Shown here piece after piece: positions 14,138-24,528 of a stretch of 64,000 nucleotides of DNA (positions are counted from its first letter, which is position 1; each line of letters starts with the position of its first letter). Under the pieces are notes generated by a model, which was not told where the DNA came from, did not search any database, and saw only the letters and a list, made by a program, of their open reading frames with translations. The translations under genes were made by a program, and so were the position numbers. The DNA comes from Methanothrix sp. (GTDB lineage Archaea; Halobacteriota; Methanosarcinia; Methanotrichales; Methanotrichaceae): positions 32,001 through 96,000 of the forward strand of contig JAXGJB010000002.1 in NCBI GenBank assembly GCA_040770465.1, in the 5' to 3' direction.

Positions 14138-14566
14138 ATGGGAAAGGGAATGTACGCGGCCAGGAAACTTGAGAGCGACCGCAAGAGCTTCCGGTGGAGC
14201 GATCTGAACTACAGCCGGAGGGCACTGAAGCTGAACGTCAAGGCAGACCCCCTGGGCGGCGCGCCGAGGGCTAGAGGCATAGTCCTGGAGAAGGTCGGCG
14301 TCGAGGCGAAACAGCCGAACTCCGCCATCAGAAAGTGCGTCAGAGTACAGCTGATCAAGAACGGTAGACAGGTCACCGCCTTCTGTCCGGGGGACGGTGC
14401 CATAGGGTTCATCGACGAGCACGACGAGGTCGTTGTGGAGAAGATAGGCGGCAGGATGGGCGGAGCCAAAGGAGATATCCCCGGCGTCCGGTTCCAGGTC
14501 ATCGCCGTAAACAATGTGGCCCTGAACGAGATGGTCTCAGGACGGAAGGAGAAGCCGGTGAGGTGA
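14138..14566 (+). CDS. rps12: 30S ribosomal protein S12 (uS12)
   Basis: [25 protein letters not shown]. Confidence 0.98.
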   Translation: MGKGMYAARKLESDRKSFRWSDLNYSRRALKLNVKADPLGGAPRARGIVLEKVGVEAKQPNSAIRKCVRVQLIKNGRQVTAFCPGDGAIGFIDEHDEVVVEKIGGRMGGAKGDIPGVRFQVIAVNNVALNEMVSGRKEKPVR

Positions 14567-14570
14567 TACG

Positions 14571-15134
14571 ATGAATGCTAAAATCTTCAACAAGTGGGAC
14601 CCTGAGGAGATCGAGGTGGACGATCTCAGCATAAAGCGCTATTTTAACCTCCGTCCCATGGTCGTGATGCATTCTGGCGGCAGGCACGCAAGACAGCAGT
14701 TCAAAAAGTCCGAGCAGCATATAGTCGAGCGGCTGATAAACAAGATGATGCAGAAAGAGACCAACACCGGCAAGAAGATGAAGACCTACAAGATCGTGGA
14801 GGAGGCCTTCGACATAATCCATCAGAGGACCAAGGAGAACCCCCTCACGGTCTTTGCGAAGGCGGTCTCCAACGCCGGTCCTCGCGAAGAGGTCGTCCGT
14901 CTCAAGTACGGCGGCATAACCGTTCCCAAGGCCGTAGACACCGCCCCTCAGAGAAGGGTTGACGTGGCCTTGATGTTCATCACCACCGGTGCCCAGAGGT
15001 CGGCCTTCAAGTCCAAGCGGTCGGCGGCCAGCTGTCTCGCGGACGAGATCATCGCCGCATCCAAGGGCGACGTCCGAAGCTTCGCCATGAACAGAAAGGA
15101 CAGCGTCGAGCGGGTCGCGAAGGCGGCACGGTAA
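14571..15134 (+). CDS. rps7: 30S ribosomal protein S7 (uS7)
   Basis: [32 protein letters not shown]. Confidence 0.98.
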   Translation: MNAKIFNKWDPEEIEVDDLSIKRYFNLRPMVVMHSGGRHARQQFKKSEQHIVERLINKMMQKETNTGKKMKTYKIVEEAFDIIHQRTKENPLTVFAKAVSNAGPREEVVRLKYGGITVPKAVDTAPQRRVDVALMFITTGAQRSAFKSKRSAASCLADEIIAASKGDVRSFAMNRKDSVERVAKAAR

Positions 15135-15153
15135 AGCACGATAAAGATCGACC

Positions 15154-15214
15154 GGGGATGAGGCGTTTCGCCATCAGGCGCTGACGCTTTAGCCCCAAAA
15201 CCTCTATTTTATTT
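15154..15214 (+). terminator. Hairpin plus T-rich tract closing the rpo/rps cluster
   Basis: GGGG..GGCG/CGCT..CCCC imperfect stem followed by CTCTATTTTATTT, between convergent genes. Confidence 0.5.
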
Positions 15215-15227
15215 GGGCCCATCTATT

Positions 15228-16346
15228 TTATTTGAACCGTTTGACGAAGGACTTGTCGATCCAGCTCTTGAAGGTGTAGATGATCCTCTTGGGGATGGGG
15301 ACGCAGAGGTCGCCGTAGATCCCGACGGCGCAGCCGCATCCCGTAGTGATCAGGGCAACGGGGCTATCGGTGGACGCCCTGATCGAGTACGGTTTCAGAT
15401 CCTCCCCCTTAGCGACCCTCGCCAGGTTCCTTGCGGTGTGCTTCGCCTGGATCTCCGCCTCCATCCCGGTCTTGGTGGCGAGCTTCCCGTCGATCTCTAT
15501 CCAGGCGCAGTCTCCGATGGCGAAGACGTTCTCGCAGCCCAGAACTCTGAGGTACTGGTCGCATAAGAGCCAGCCGCTTCTCTTCGGGAGGTCCATGCTC
15601 TCGATGATGGGGGCGGGCCTGATCCCCGCCGTCCAGATCGTCATCTCGCAGTCCAGGGCGGTGCCATCGGCGAAGGTGACGCCGTCGTCTCGGATCGATT
15701 CGACCCGTCTGTTCGTCAGGACCTCGACGCCCTTTCCCTTCAGGATCTCGTCCATCAGGATCGAGGCGTTCTTTGAGAGGGTTGGGAGGAGACGGTCCAT
15801 CATCTCGACGACGTATATCGTGCAGTCCGCGTTCTCCGCCAAAAAGCAGGCAGTCTCGATGCCGGTTGGGCCCGACCCGATGATAGCGATCTTCTTCGGG
15901 CGTTTCTTCTCGACGAACCGCCTCGCTTTGACCGTATCCTCCAGGGTGTTGATGGAGAAGGCCTTCTCTGCCCCCTCGACCCCGAAGTAGTTCTGGACCG
16001 CGCCGGGGGCGAGGACGAGGATGTCGTAATCGAGATCGTTCTCTTCGCAGACAACCCTTCTGTCGGCGAAGTCGATCCTGAGGGCCCGGTCCCTGACGTG
16101 GACAGCGTTCATCTTCATGCAAAAGGGTTCCAGGGGGGCGGTCATGTCCTTAATCTCGATTTTTCCTCCGAGGTAGTCGGGGTAGAGGGCCTGACACTCG
16201 ATCCTCTCCTTCGGCTCGACGAGGACCAGGTCCGTCCCCCACTTGGTGGCGGCATTTCTCACCAGCTCTGCGCCGCCTACGCCTCCGCCGATCACCACCA
16301 CTCGCAAGAGGTCGCTCTTCCGCAAATCCATCTGCCGCATCTCCAC
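15228..16346 (-). CDS. NAD(P)/FAD-dependent oxidoreductase (NDH-2/SQR-like)
   Basis: Two Rossmann motifs VVIGGGVGG and IIGSGPTGIE, YDILVLAPG, VFAIGDCA. Confidence 0.85.
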   Translation of the reverse strand: MEMRQMDLRKSDLLRVVVIGGGVGGAELVRNAATKWGTDLVLVEPKERIECQALYPDYLGGKIEIKDMTAPLEPFCMKMNAVHVRDRALRIDFADRRVVCEENDLDYDILVLAPGAVQNYFGVEGAEKAFSINTLEDTVKARRFVEKKRPKKIAIIGSGPTGIETACFLAENADCTIYVVEMMDRLLPTLSKNASILMDEILKGKGVEVLTNRRVESIRDDGVTFADGTALDCEMTIWTAGIRPAPIIESMDLPKRSGWLLCDQYLRVLGCENVFAIGDCAWIEIDGKLATKTGMEAEIQAKHTARNLARVAKGEDLKPYSIRASTDSPVALITTGCGCAVGIYGDLCVPIPKRIIYTFKSWIDKSFVKRFK

Positions 16347-16599
16347 CTCAAACCCGACTTTATCCTGCAGTCATCGGTCATAAGGTCTTCGATGAGCTGG
16401 TTGCGATCAAGGGACGATCCCTTTGCCGTCACCGTATCTTGCAGGGCTGGCGGCACAGCCCGCCCGAACACGAATCTATCTACGCATATTTTTCTTTTGT
16501 CATCTTTACTCTTTGACGCAACTCATAACATTATTCGAATCTATAACAGATAACTATTTAAGATAGCACCTCCAATTGGACCAAAGGAGGTGAGATTCC

Positions 16600-16692
16600 A
16601 TGAGCCTGAGAGTCAAGATCGCCTTGCTCAATGCATTGCTATATCTTATTATGGCTTCTCCTGCCCTTGCCATCGTTGTAGTTAAGAGATGA
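16600..16692 (+). CDS. 30-aa small hydrophobic protein MSLRVKIALLNALLYLIMASPALAIVVVKR (not in ORF track)
   Basis: Perfect GGAGGTGA RBS 6 nt before ATG, TATA-like TATTTAAG near 16555, T-rich tract downstream. Confidence 0.7.
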   Translation: MSLRVKIALLNALLYLIMASPALAIVVVKR

Positions 16693-16827
16693 GATGTACT
16701 GTGGGTTGCTCGCTAAACCACCAATTTCTCTATTTTATTCTAAAACTTTGTATCAACCACACAGACAAAAACTTGTATTTTATGGGGCAATGTCTGTTGT
16801 AAAAAAAATCCCCCCCACCCTTTCAAC

Positions 16828-17247
16828 TCATAATCTTCTGCGGATGATCGAGAAGGAAGCCGAGGTCTGAGAGAGGACCGGCCCGTCGGCCGAGTCCGCC
16901 GTCACCCTCCCTTCGGCGAAGGCGACCTGCCGTCCCACCTTTGCGACCCTCCCGCGGGCGACGACCTTTCCATCCCGGGCACCCTGGAAGAAGGTGGTGG
17001 TCTCCGATATCGTCGCGATCCTGTCCTCATCGTCGAGGGCGGTGAAGAGGGCGAGGGCCATCGCCTCGTCGGCGAGGGCGGTGTAGATCCCCCCTTGCAT
17101 CCACCCCGCGCCGTTTTGCATATCGGGCCTCACCACCATCTGAAGCTCAGCCTCTCCGTCGCCGAAACCGACGACCTCGATCTCCATCAGTTTGAAGAAG
17201 GGGTTCGCCTCCCTACCCCTCTTTCGAATCTCTCCGAGGTAGCTCAT
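16828..17247 (-). CDS. PaaI family thioesterase (hotdog fold)
   Basis: NGAGWMQGG..ALADEAM, VAKVGRQVAFAEG; ATG at 17247. Confidence 0.9.
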   Translation of the reverse strand: MSYLGEIRKRGREANPFFKLMEIEVVGFGDGEAELQMVVRPDMQNGAGWMQGGIYTALADEAMALALFTALDDEDRIATISETTTFFQGARDGKVVARGRVAKVGRQVAFAEGRVTADSADGPVLSQTSASFSIIRRRL

Positions 17248-17390
17248 CTTATCGTCTCCACCATCAAGACCGGTATGTAAAAGCCTTTTGGGGGGCGTCC
17301 GTTCGAGAACGTCTCCGAGACGAAAAGGGCCCATTCGATACCGTCTTCGATACCAAAAAGTGATATCCGTTCGGGTTGAAGGATCTCGTC

Positions 17391-18482
17391 ATGGCAGGGA
17401 ACACCTTTGGCACCATCTTCAGGATCACCACCTGGGGCGAGAGCCACGGCCGGGGGGTCGGGGTCGTCGTCGACGGCTGCCCTGCGGGGCTCGCCCTCTC
17501 TGAGGAAGTCGTCCAGGGAGAGCTGGACCGGAGGAGGCCGGGGCAGAGTTCGATCTCGACCCAGCGAAAGGAGGAGGATAGAGTCGAGATCCTCAGCGGC
17601 ACCTTCGAAGGGGTGACGACGGGAACTCCGATCTCGATGCTCGTCTGGAACAGGGACGCGAGATCGAGCGCCTACGACTCCTTCCGAGACCGGCCTCGTC
17701 CTGGCCACGCCGACCTGACCTACCTCTCCCGGTACGGGGTCCGGGACCACCGGGGCGGTGGAAGGGCTTCGGCGAGGGAGACCGTCGGGCGGGTTGCCGC
17801 TGGAGCCGTCGCCAAGAAGCTTCTGGCCGAGAGCGGGATTTTGGTCGTCGGCTACGTCCTTGAGCTCGGCGGCGTCCGGGCGGATCTTCCCGAGGACCTC
17901 GATTTATCAGCCCTGAGGGAGGCGGCCGAGAAGAACCCCGTCCGCTGCCCCGACCAGTCCGCTGCAGCGAAGATGGTCAGGGCCGCCGAGGCGGCCCGTG
18001 AGGCTGGAGACAGCCTCGGCGGGGTCGCCGAGATCGTGGCCGTGGGCGTCCCCGCGGGGCTGGGGGAGCCGGTCTTCGATAAGCTCGACGCGGACCTTGC
18101 CCGCGCCCTCATGGGGATCGGGGCGGTCAAGGCCGTCGAGATCGGGGCGGGGGTCGAGGCGGCCCGGATGCGCGGAAGCGAGATGAACGACCCCATCCTC
18201 CCGGGGCCGGAGGGTCCGAGGTTTGAGACCAACAACGCCGGCGGAATTCTCGGCGGGATATCGACGGGAGCGCCGATAATCTGCAGGATCTCGGTGAAGC
18301 CCACCCCCTCCATCTCGCGCCTCCAGAGGACGGTTGAGATCTCGACGGGCGAGGCCGCCGAGATCGAGATCACGGGGAGGCACGACCCCGTGATACCCCC
18401 ACGGATCGTCCCCGTGGCGGAGGCGATGGTGGCCCTCGTCCTCGCAGACCACCTTCTGAGGCTCCGGTCCGCCAGGATCTGA
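17391..18482 (+). CDS. aroC: Chorismate synthase
   Basis: [39 protein letters not shown]. Confidence 0.97.
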   Translation: MAGNTFGTIFRITTWGESHGRGVGVVVDGCPAGLALSEEVVQGELDRRRPGQSSISTQRKEEDRVEILSGTFEGVTTGTPISMLVWNRDARSSAYDSFRDRPRPGHADLTYLSRYGVRDHRGGGRASARETVGRVAAGAVAKKLLAESGILVVGYVLELGGVRADLPEDLDLSALREAAEKNPVRCPDQSAAAKMVRAAEAAREAGDSLGGVAEIVAVGVPAGLGEPVFDKLDADLARALMGIGAVKAVEIGAGVEAARMRGSEMNDPILPGPEGPRFETNNAGGILGGISTGAPIICRISVKPTPSISRLQRTVEISTGEAAEIEITGRHDPVIPPRIVPVAEAMVALVLADHLLRLRSARI

Positions 18483-18520
18483 AATCCCTGCCAAATTTTA
18501 TATCGCCCGCCCAAAGATCG

Positions 18521-20305
18521 ATGGTCATGCAGAAGGAGTTTCACACCCTCCTCCCCCTCGACGAGGCGATAGAGATCGTCCTCGCCGCCGCGCCGAAGGC
18601 GGGGGTGGAGACTGTACCCCTGGAGAGGGCAGCGGGGCGGATCCTGGCCGAGCGGGTAGTCTCCAAAATCGACGTTCCCGGCTTCGACCGGGCGGCGATG
18701 GACGGCTACGCCCTGCGGTCCGCCGAGACCCTGGACGCGAGGGAGGACCGGGCCGTCGCCTTCGTCCTCGTCGGCCGGGTGCCCATGGGGAGGAGGCCCG
18801 AGGTCGTCGTGGGCGAGGGCGAGGCGGTCGAGGTCTCCACCGGCTCGATGATGCCCGAGGGGGCGGACGCCGTCGTCATGGTCGAGCACGCCGAGGTCGC
18901 GGGCTCGACCCTCTTCATCAGGCGGGCGGTCCACGTAGGCGAGAACGCTCACCGGGCCGGGGGGGACGTCGCCTTCGGCGAGACCGTCCTTCTTCCCGGA
19001 AGAAAGCTCTCGGCCCGGGAGGTCGGCCTTCTGGCGGCGGTTGGCAGAAGGGATGTGTCGGTCCGGTCCCTCCGGGTCGCCGTCGCCTCCACCGGAAACG
19101 AGCTAATCTCTCCTGGCGAGAGTCTCGCGCCGGGGCAGATCTACGACATAAACTCTTATTCGATAGCTACGGCCGTCGAGGAGTGCGGCGGGACTCCTCA
19201 GATTCGCGGGATCCTACCCGACGACCCCGACTCCATGGCCGAGGGGCTGTTGGCGATGGCCGAAGAGTCCGATCTCGTCCTCGTCAGCGGGTCCACCTCG
19301 GCGGGGATCGGGGACATGGTCTACCGGGTCGTCGAGGATCTCGGCGAGATCGTATTTCACGGGATCAACCTCAAGCCCGGAAAGCCCACCCTCTTCGGAA
19401 CCGTCGGGAAAAAACCCTTCATCGGCCTTCCTGGATACCCGACCAGCGCCCTGACGGTCTTCGGCCTTCTGGCGGCACCATTCATCAGGAGGGCGGTGGG
19501 GACCGAGCACCTGGCGCCCCGGGCCAGGGGGCGGCTCGCAAAGCCGGTCCGGTCCGAGGGCAGAAGGCAGATGCTGACGGTTGGGGTCGTCGGGGGCTGG
19601 GTGTACCCTGTGGACAAGGGGAGCGGCTCCATCACCACCCTCGCCCTGGCCGACGGCTTCATCGACATCCCCGATCGGGTCGAGCACCTGGACCGGGGCG
19701 AGGAGGTACAGGTCCAGCTCTTCGGGAACGCTCCGGAGGCTGCCCTTCTCGTCGAGGGGGAGGACTGCCCCCGGCTCGAATCCATCGCCTCTGCCCTGTC
19801 CTTCGATATGCGGGTCGTCTCCACCGGTAGCAGGCGCGGCGCCATCTCGGCGGAGGACGGCGTCGCGGATATAGCAGTCGTCTCGCGGTCTATTGGGCAG
19901 GAGCCCGTCTGGGACGAGATGGCGCTCGAACCCGTCGGCGGCTATCGCAGGGAGCTGGTGATGATGGCAAGAGACCCGGAAATTCTCGACCTCGCTGGGG
20001 CCGAGGATCGGAAGGTAGTCGGCTGGTCGAGGGATTCGGAGATGAGCCGGATCTTGAGACGGGTCCTGGAGGAGTCGGGCTCAGAAAAGGCGAAGCTCGT
20101 CGGCGCGGCCCGGACCCACGCCGCCGTCGCGGCCGCTGTCAAGGCAGGTCGCGCAGACCTGGGCTTCGGCGTCCGGGAGGTGGCCGAGGAGGCGGGGCTG
20201 GCTCTGAGGAAGGTGGCAGAGGATGAGATACTGTTTCTCGTCCGTCCCGATAAGAGGGATCGGGGAGCGGTTCGGGCATTTCTGGAGGCTTTAAAGTGGG
20301 AGTAG
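18521..20305 (+). CDS. moeA: Molybdopterin molybdenumtransferase MoeA fused to a C-terminal PBP/LysR-substrate-like domain
   Basis: FDRAAMDGYA, STGNEL, SGSTSAG, KPGKPT, GLPGYPTS; C-terminal THAAVAAAVKAGRADLGFG. Confidence 0.92.
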   Translation: MVMQKEFHTLLPLDEAIEIVLAAAPKAGVETVPLERAAGRILAERVVSKIDVPGFDRAAMDGYALRSAETLDAREDRAVAFVLVGRVPMGRRPEVVVGEGEAVEVSTGSMMPEGADAVVMVEHAEVAGSTLFIRRAVHVGENAHRAGGDVAFGETVLLPGRKLSAREVGLLAAVGRRDVSVRSLRVAVASTGNELISPGESLAPGQIYDINSYSIATAVEECGGTPQIRGILPDDPDSMAEGLLAMAEESDLVLVSGSTSAGIGDMVYRVVEDLGEIVFHGINLKPGKPTLFGTVGKKPFIGLPGYPTSALTVFGLLAAPFIRRAVGTEHLAPRARGRLAKPVRSEGRRQMLTVGVVGGWVYPVDKGSGSITTLALADGFIDIPDRVEHLDRGEEVQVQLFGNAPEAALLVEGEDCPRLESIASALSFDMRVVSTGSRRGAISAEDGVADIAVVSRSIGQEPVWDEMALEPVGGYRRELVMMARDPEILDLAGAEDRKVVGWSRDSEMSRILRRVLEESGSEKAKLVGAARTHAAVAAAVKAGRADLGFGVREVAEEAGLALRKVAEDEILFLVRPDKRDRGAVRAFLEALKWE

Positions 20306-20479
20306 TATCGTTTGGGGCGTATGTAGGTGGTAGAACTCTCATCTAAAAATGGGCGGAGGGGATTGATATTATCAGTTGGTTTCTCTTTCTCCCTTCTGAT
20401 ACAATCATTTTGGTTAACCGATCTTAATGGGCGCCAGCATCGAAACATTTTTCGTTTGGTTCCAACAACATCGTTTAGC

Positions 20480-22123
20480 ATGAGAGCAACTCATAAAAGA
20501 CACCTTTTGGCGCTGTTGATACTGACGATGCTGGCGATGCCCGTCTGTGGGCAGCAAACTGCAGAGGAGTGGTTAGAGAAAGGAAATGCTTACTATGAAC
20601 AGGGCAAGTACGACGAAGCCATCCAAGCTTACGACGAAGCTATTAGCATCGATCCTGAATATGCTGATGCCTGGTATAATAAAGGTCTTGCACTCTATGT
20701 CAAGGCCGAGTACAACGAAGCCGTCCAAGCTTACGACGAAGCTATCAGGCTTGATCCTGATGATGCCTATGTCTGGTATAACAAAGACGTTGCTCCGCAG
20801 CAAACTGCAGAGGAATGGTTAGAAGAAGGTAATGCTTTCTATCAACAGGGCGAGTACGACGAGGCCATCCAGGCTTACGACGAAGCTATCACGCTTGATC
20901 CTGAGGATGCCAGTGCCTGGTATAACAAAGGCGTTGCTCTCGATGACCTTGGCAGATACGACGAGGCCGTCCAAGCTTACGACGAGGCTATCAAGCTTGA
21001 TCCTGATGATGCCAGTACTTGGTATAACAAAGGCCTTGCTCTAGATGCTCAGGGCAAGTACGACGAGGCCATCCAAGCTTACGATGAAGCCATCAGGCTT
21101 GATCCTGAGGATGCAGATACATGGAATAACAAAGGCAATTCACTTTCTGATCAGGGCAAGTACGATGAAGCAATCATAGCTTACAACGAAGCCATCGGGC
21201 TTGATTCCGAGTATGCCGGTGCCTGTTATAATAAAGGTAATGCTTTCTATGCCCAGGGCAAGTACGACGAGGCGATCCAAGCTTACGACGAAGCTATCAA
21301 GCTTGATCCCGAGTTTGCCGAAGCATGGAATAACAAAGGCGTTGCTCTCGATGACCTCGGGCAGTATGGCGAAGCGATGCTGGCTTACGACGAAGCCCTC
21401 AGGCTCGATCCTGATGATGCAGATGCCTGGAATAACAAGGGCCTTGCTCTCTATAATCAGAGCAAGTACGATGAGGCAGTCCTGGCTTACGACGAAGCCC
21501 TCAGGCTCGATCCAGAAAATGCAGATTTTTGGTTGATGAAAAGTATCGTCCTCCTGCTTGCTGGCAATTACAGCGAATCTGCCGACGCCTTCAACGAAAC
21601 GATCAATCTGGGTCTGGAAGATGCCGATGTTTGGGGTCTTAAAGGTGCAGCACTCCTATTTGCGGGCAATTACAGTGCAGGTATAGAGGCTTTAGATGCT
21701 GCAATCGAGCTAGATCCAGAAGACAGCGTCCCTTGGAAAGATAAAGGTGACGCGTTCTATGCCATGGGCGATTATGATCATGCCCTTGAATCCTACAACA
21801 GATCAATCGAATTGAACCAGTCGGATGCGCAAGCGTGGCACAGTAAGTTTTTCGCTCTCCAGGCCCTTGGGCGCAATTCAGAGTCTATAGAAGCCCTCAA
21901 CAACTCCAAAGAGCTTGGATTAACAGATGCGGAAGCTTTGAATGACGAGGGGTGGGTGTTGTATTTATCAGGAAATTACAGCGAGTCTCTGGACGCTTAC
22001 GAACGGGCCCTGGAACTGGATCCAGAATTATCCGATACATGGTTCAACAAAGGAGTCACCCTAAGAGCTCTCGGGCGGGATGAAGAAGCAGATGATGCCT
22101 TCGCTATTGGTTTGAAATCTTGA
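20480..22123 (+). CDS. Secreted tetratricopeptide repeat protein (about 14 TPRs)
   Basis: Signal-like N-terminus then 34-aa repeats W.NKG.AL...GKYDEAIQAYDEAI.LDP; ATG at 20480. Confidence 0.9.
   Translation: MRATHKRHLLALLILTMLAMPVCGQQTAEEWLEKGNAYYEQGKYDEAIQAYDEAISIDPEYADAWYNKGLALYVKAEYNEAVQAYDEAIRLDPDDAYVWYNKDVAPQQTAEEWLEEGNAFYQQGEYDEAIQAYDEAITLDPEDASAWYNKGVALDDLGRYDEAVQAYDEAIKLDPDDASTWYNKGLALDAQGKYDEAIQAYDEAIRLDPEDADTWNNKGNSLSDQGKYDEAIIAYNEAIGLDSEYAGACYNKGNAFYAQGKYDEAIQAYDEAIKLDPEFAEAWNNKGVALDDLGQYGEAMLAYDEALRLDPDDADAWNNKGLALYNQSKYDEAVLAYDEALRLDPENADFWLMKSIVLLLAGNYSESADAFNETINLGLEDADVWGLKGAALLFAGNYSAGIEALDAAIELDPEDSVPWKDKGDAFYAMGDYDHALESYNRSIELNQSDAQAWHSKFFALQALGRNSESIEALNNSKELGLTDAEALNDEGWVLYLSGNYSESLDAYERALELDPELSDTWFNKGVTLRALGRDEEADDAFAIGLKS
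20552..21520 (+). repeat. 102-bp coding tandem repeats (TPR units) including a 246-bp N-terminal duplication
   Basis: Recurring AAGCTTACGACGAAGC..ATC..GCTTGATCC; GCAGCAAACTGCAGAGGA identical at 20551 and 20797. Confidence 0.85.
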
Positions 22124-22270
22124 GGCGCGGGGGGGGACGAGTTCCCCGCACCAACTTTCTCATTATTCCGAATCGAGGCCAACAAGAGATCTCGGAGAAG
22201 GAGAAATCCAATAAGAATAATCTTCGGCGTTAAAACCCACCATTAAAAACGCTGCAGGATGATCTCTTCT

Positions 22271-22732
22271 TCACCTAAGATCCCGTACCATCGGCACAGA
22301 CCGGATGTGATCCTCGGCCCGCTCAGCCCCAGCCTTCCGAAACCCGAGCTTCTCGTAGGTCGCGACGGCGTTCGGCGACGAGTTGACGGTGACTCGCGAG
22401 AGGTCCGGATTCCTCCTCTTAGAGATCGATAGACTCCGCCGCAACAGCTCGCTTCCTACCCCTTCGCCCTGGTGCTCGCCCTCCACGAAGAAGAGGGTGA
22501 CGTGGCCGTCCTCCCTCACTTCGATCATCCCCGCGATCTCGCCGTCGACGATGGCCAAGAGGACGAGATGGTTCCACCGCGATCGGAGCAGGAGGAGGTG
22601 GGGGTCGGCGTAGCTCTGAAACTCCCGACGCCCATCAGATGAGAACTGAGAGGCGACGAATCGGTCGAAGACCCGGAGGGCGAGGTCGCAGACCTTCGCC
22701 TCCTCGCCGACCCTCATCGGCCGAAACTCCAT
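22271..22732 (-). CDS. GNAT family N-acetyltransferase
   Basis: LFFVEGEHQGEGVGSEL, VNSSPNAVATYEKLGF. Confidence 0.9.
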   Translation of the reverse strand: MEFRPMRVGEEAKVCDLALRVFDRFVASQFSSDGRREFQSYADPHLLLLRSRWNHLVLLAIVDGEIAGMIEVREDGHVTLFFVEGEHQGEGVGSELLRRSLSISKRRNPDLSRVTVNSSPNAVATYEKLGFRKAGAERAEDHIRSVPMVRDLR

Positions 22733-23734
22733 TCATCCGCCCCTGGACCGCTTCACCTTCCTCTCGTAGTAGCTGAGGGGATGGTTCACCCACCGGCAGA
22801 GCCGGTCCTCGCCGGGGCAGTTCCCGTAGGTGGCCATGGTGGCGCAGGATGGCGGCTTGTAGGCGGTCCCGCCCTTCCCCGCGATGTGCTCGACCTGGTA
22901 GCGGGTCTTCTCCTCGTCGAAGTCGGGGCTGGTGTTAAAGACGCCGACCACCTCGTCGACGGTCATCCCCACCGCCAGGAGGAAGGTGGTGAGGGCGAAC
23001 CGTGCGGTGTGGGCGAGGTTTCCTCCCGCCGCCACCGCGGCGAGAAAACCGCGTATGCATGGTGGGAAGGCGTCCTCGGTCACCTCGCCTAAGTCGACCT
23101 TCTCCTCCGCCCTCTTCGCCGAGAGCTCCTCCTCGATCCTATCGAGGTCTGGCCGGAGCTTCTCGCATATCGCCGGGGGGACGGGGAGGGGAAGGCCCCG
23201 CCCGACCCGATCCTTCGCCCTCTCCTCCAGAAGCCGGGCCAGCTCGTGACCGGTGAGGGCGACCCACCCCGCCTCCAGAGAGCGGTTGACCAGCTTCCAG
23301 CCGGGGCTGTGGAGCCTCGCGGCCCCTTTGAGGTAGTCGGAGAAGTAGACCCGCAGGCCGGCCTGGTCGGATTGAGGAAAAACGTCCAGGTCGCGGGCGA
23401 GCAAAATTAGATCTTGAAGGCTTTCTGTGCCCATCTTCCGGCTCGCGAGCTTCGCCTCGGCGAGGGCGTACCTCCTCGTCAACAGATCGTCGTTGAGGCA
23501 GGATACCATCACCCTCGCCAGGGGGTAGGAGAGAAGCTCTGCCAGGGGGTGGGCCCTCTCGTCGGAGATCTCCCCCCGGACGGCGCCGAGCACCCGCTCT
23601 GTGGCTCTCCTCTTCACGAGGCGGGCAAGCCTCGGCTGGGGGTTCGGCTCTTCCAGGAGCCCCTCCAGGGAGTAGCCGGTCTCCTCCACCCTGGCCGCCG
23701 CCTCGCGGGAGAAGGGGTAGTCTGAGAGGCTCAT
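22733..23734 (-). CDS. priL: DNA primase large subunit
   Basis: FPPCI, HTARF, SPDFDEEKTRYQVEHI, YKPPSC..C..C, HPLSYY (Fe-S cysteines). Confidence 0.95.
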   Translation of the reverse strand: MSLSDYPFSREAAARVEETGYSLEGLLEEPNPQPRLARLVKRRATERVLGAVRGEISDERAHPLAELLSYPLARVMVSCLNDDLLTRRYALAEAKLASRKMGTESLQDLILLARDLDVFPQSDQAGLRVYFSDYLKGAARLHSPGWKLVNRSLEAGWVALTGHELARLLEERAKDRVGRGLPLPVPPAICEKLRPDLDRIEEELSAKRAEEKVDLGEVTEDAFPPCIRGFLAAVAAGGNLAHTARFALTTFLLAVGMTVDEVVGVFNTSPDFDEEKTRYQVEHIAGKGGTAYKPPSCATMATYGNCPGEDRLCRWVNHPLSYYERKVKRSRGG

Positions 23735-24474
23735 TCCTGCTCGATTCTCGGAGCGAGAAGGTAGTTTATCTCGACCCCCTGGCCGAGCTTGAAGCTGATC
23801 CTCAGGGGATAGTCGACCCCCATCTCCAGCTTCACCTCCTGGGCTTTGCCGATCGCCTTGCTCATGTCGGCCAGGTAATCCAGAGAGAATAGGGATCTCG
23901 CCTTTCCGGGCTTGAGGCCCAGAAGCTCCGTTCCCGGCATCTTCAGCTTGAGGGAGTCGATGTCCCCCTTCGCCTCCATGTAGAACTGGTCCTCAGGATC
24001 GTCGGTGACGCCGAGGACGACGTGATCGGAGACCTTCTCCGCGGCCCTCACCGCCTTTCGGAGTTGTGCTCCGGGAAGGATCACGTGGGCCGGGAGGTCC
24101 AGCTCCGGCACCCGGGGCTCTTTTCTTATGGCGCTGGGGTCGATGAGGCTGAGGGTGTAGGATAGGGAGTTCACCCCTATCTTCAGCTTGTGGTTCTCCT
24201 CGTCCAGCTCGAGGGTGACGTTCTCGCCCCGGTCTGCCATGGAGAGGACGTCGGTGAGCCTCACCAGGTCGACGCCGATCTCGCCAGCGGTCGCCTTGAA
24301 GTACTCGAAGGCCTCGGCATTCAGCCGGAAGGAGACCATGGCCACGTTGGCGGGGTCCACAGCCTTCAGCTCAACGCCGTTCTCTGACAGGGTGAACTTC
24401 ACCTCGTCGACAAGAGACGATACCGCCTCCACAGCATCCCGCAGGGTTTCTGCGCTTATCACTGCCTTGAACAT
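23731..24474 (-). CDS. pcn: PCNA sliding clamp
   Basis: AVDPANVAMV, SLFSLDYL, YLLAPRIE. Confidence 0.97.
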   Translation of the reverse strand: MFKAVISAETLRDAVEAVSSLVDEVKFTLSENGVELKAVDPANVAMVSFRLNAEAFEYFKATAGEIGVDLVRLTDVLSMADRGENVTLELDEENHKLKIGVNSLSYTLSLIDPSAIRKEPRVPELDLPAHVILPGAQLRKAVRAAEKVSDHVVLGVTDDPEDQFYMEAKGDIDSLKLKMPGTELLGLKPGKARSLFSLDYLADMSKAIGKAQEVKLEMGVDYPLRISFKLGQGVEINYLLAPRIEQE

Positions 24475-24528
24475 CCTAGAGCCCCTCCATCGGAGAGATC
24501 AATTTTATCTTAAATATAGATTATCCCA

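Noticed and set aside
20552-21520. CRISPR array or DGR template/variable repeats
   Set aside because: Repeats are in-frame 102-bp TPR units without unique spacers; no cas or reverse transcriptase genes; differences are not adenine-specific.
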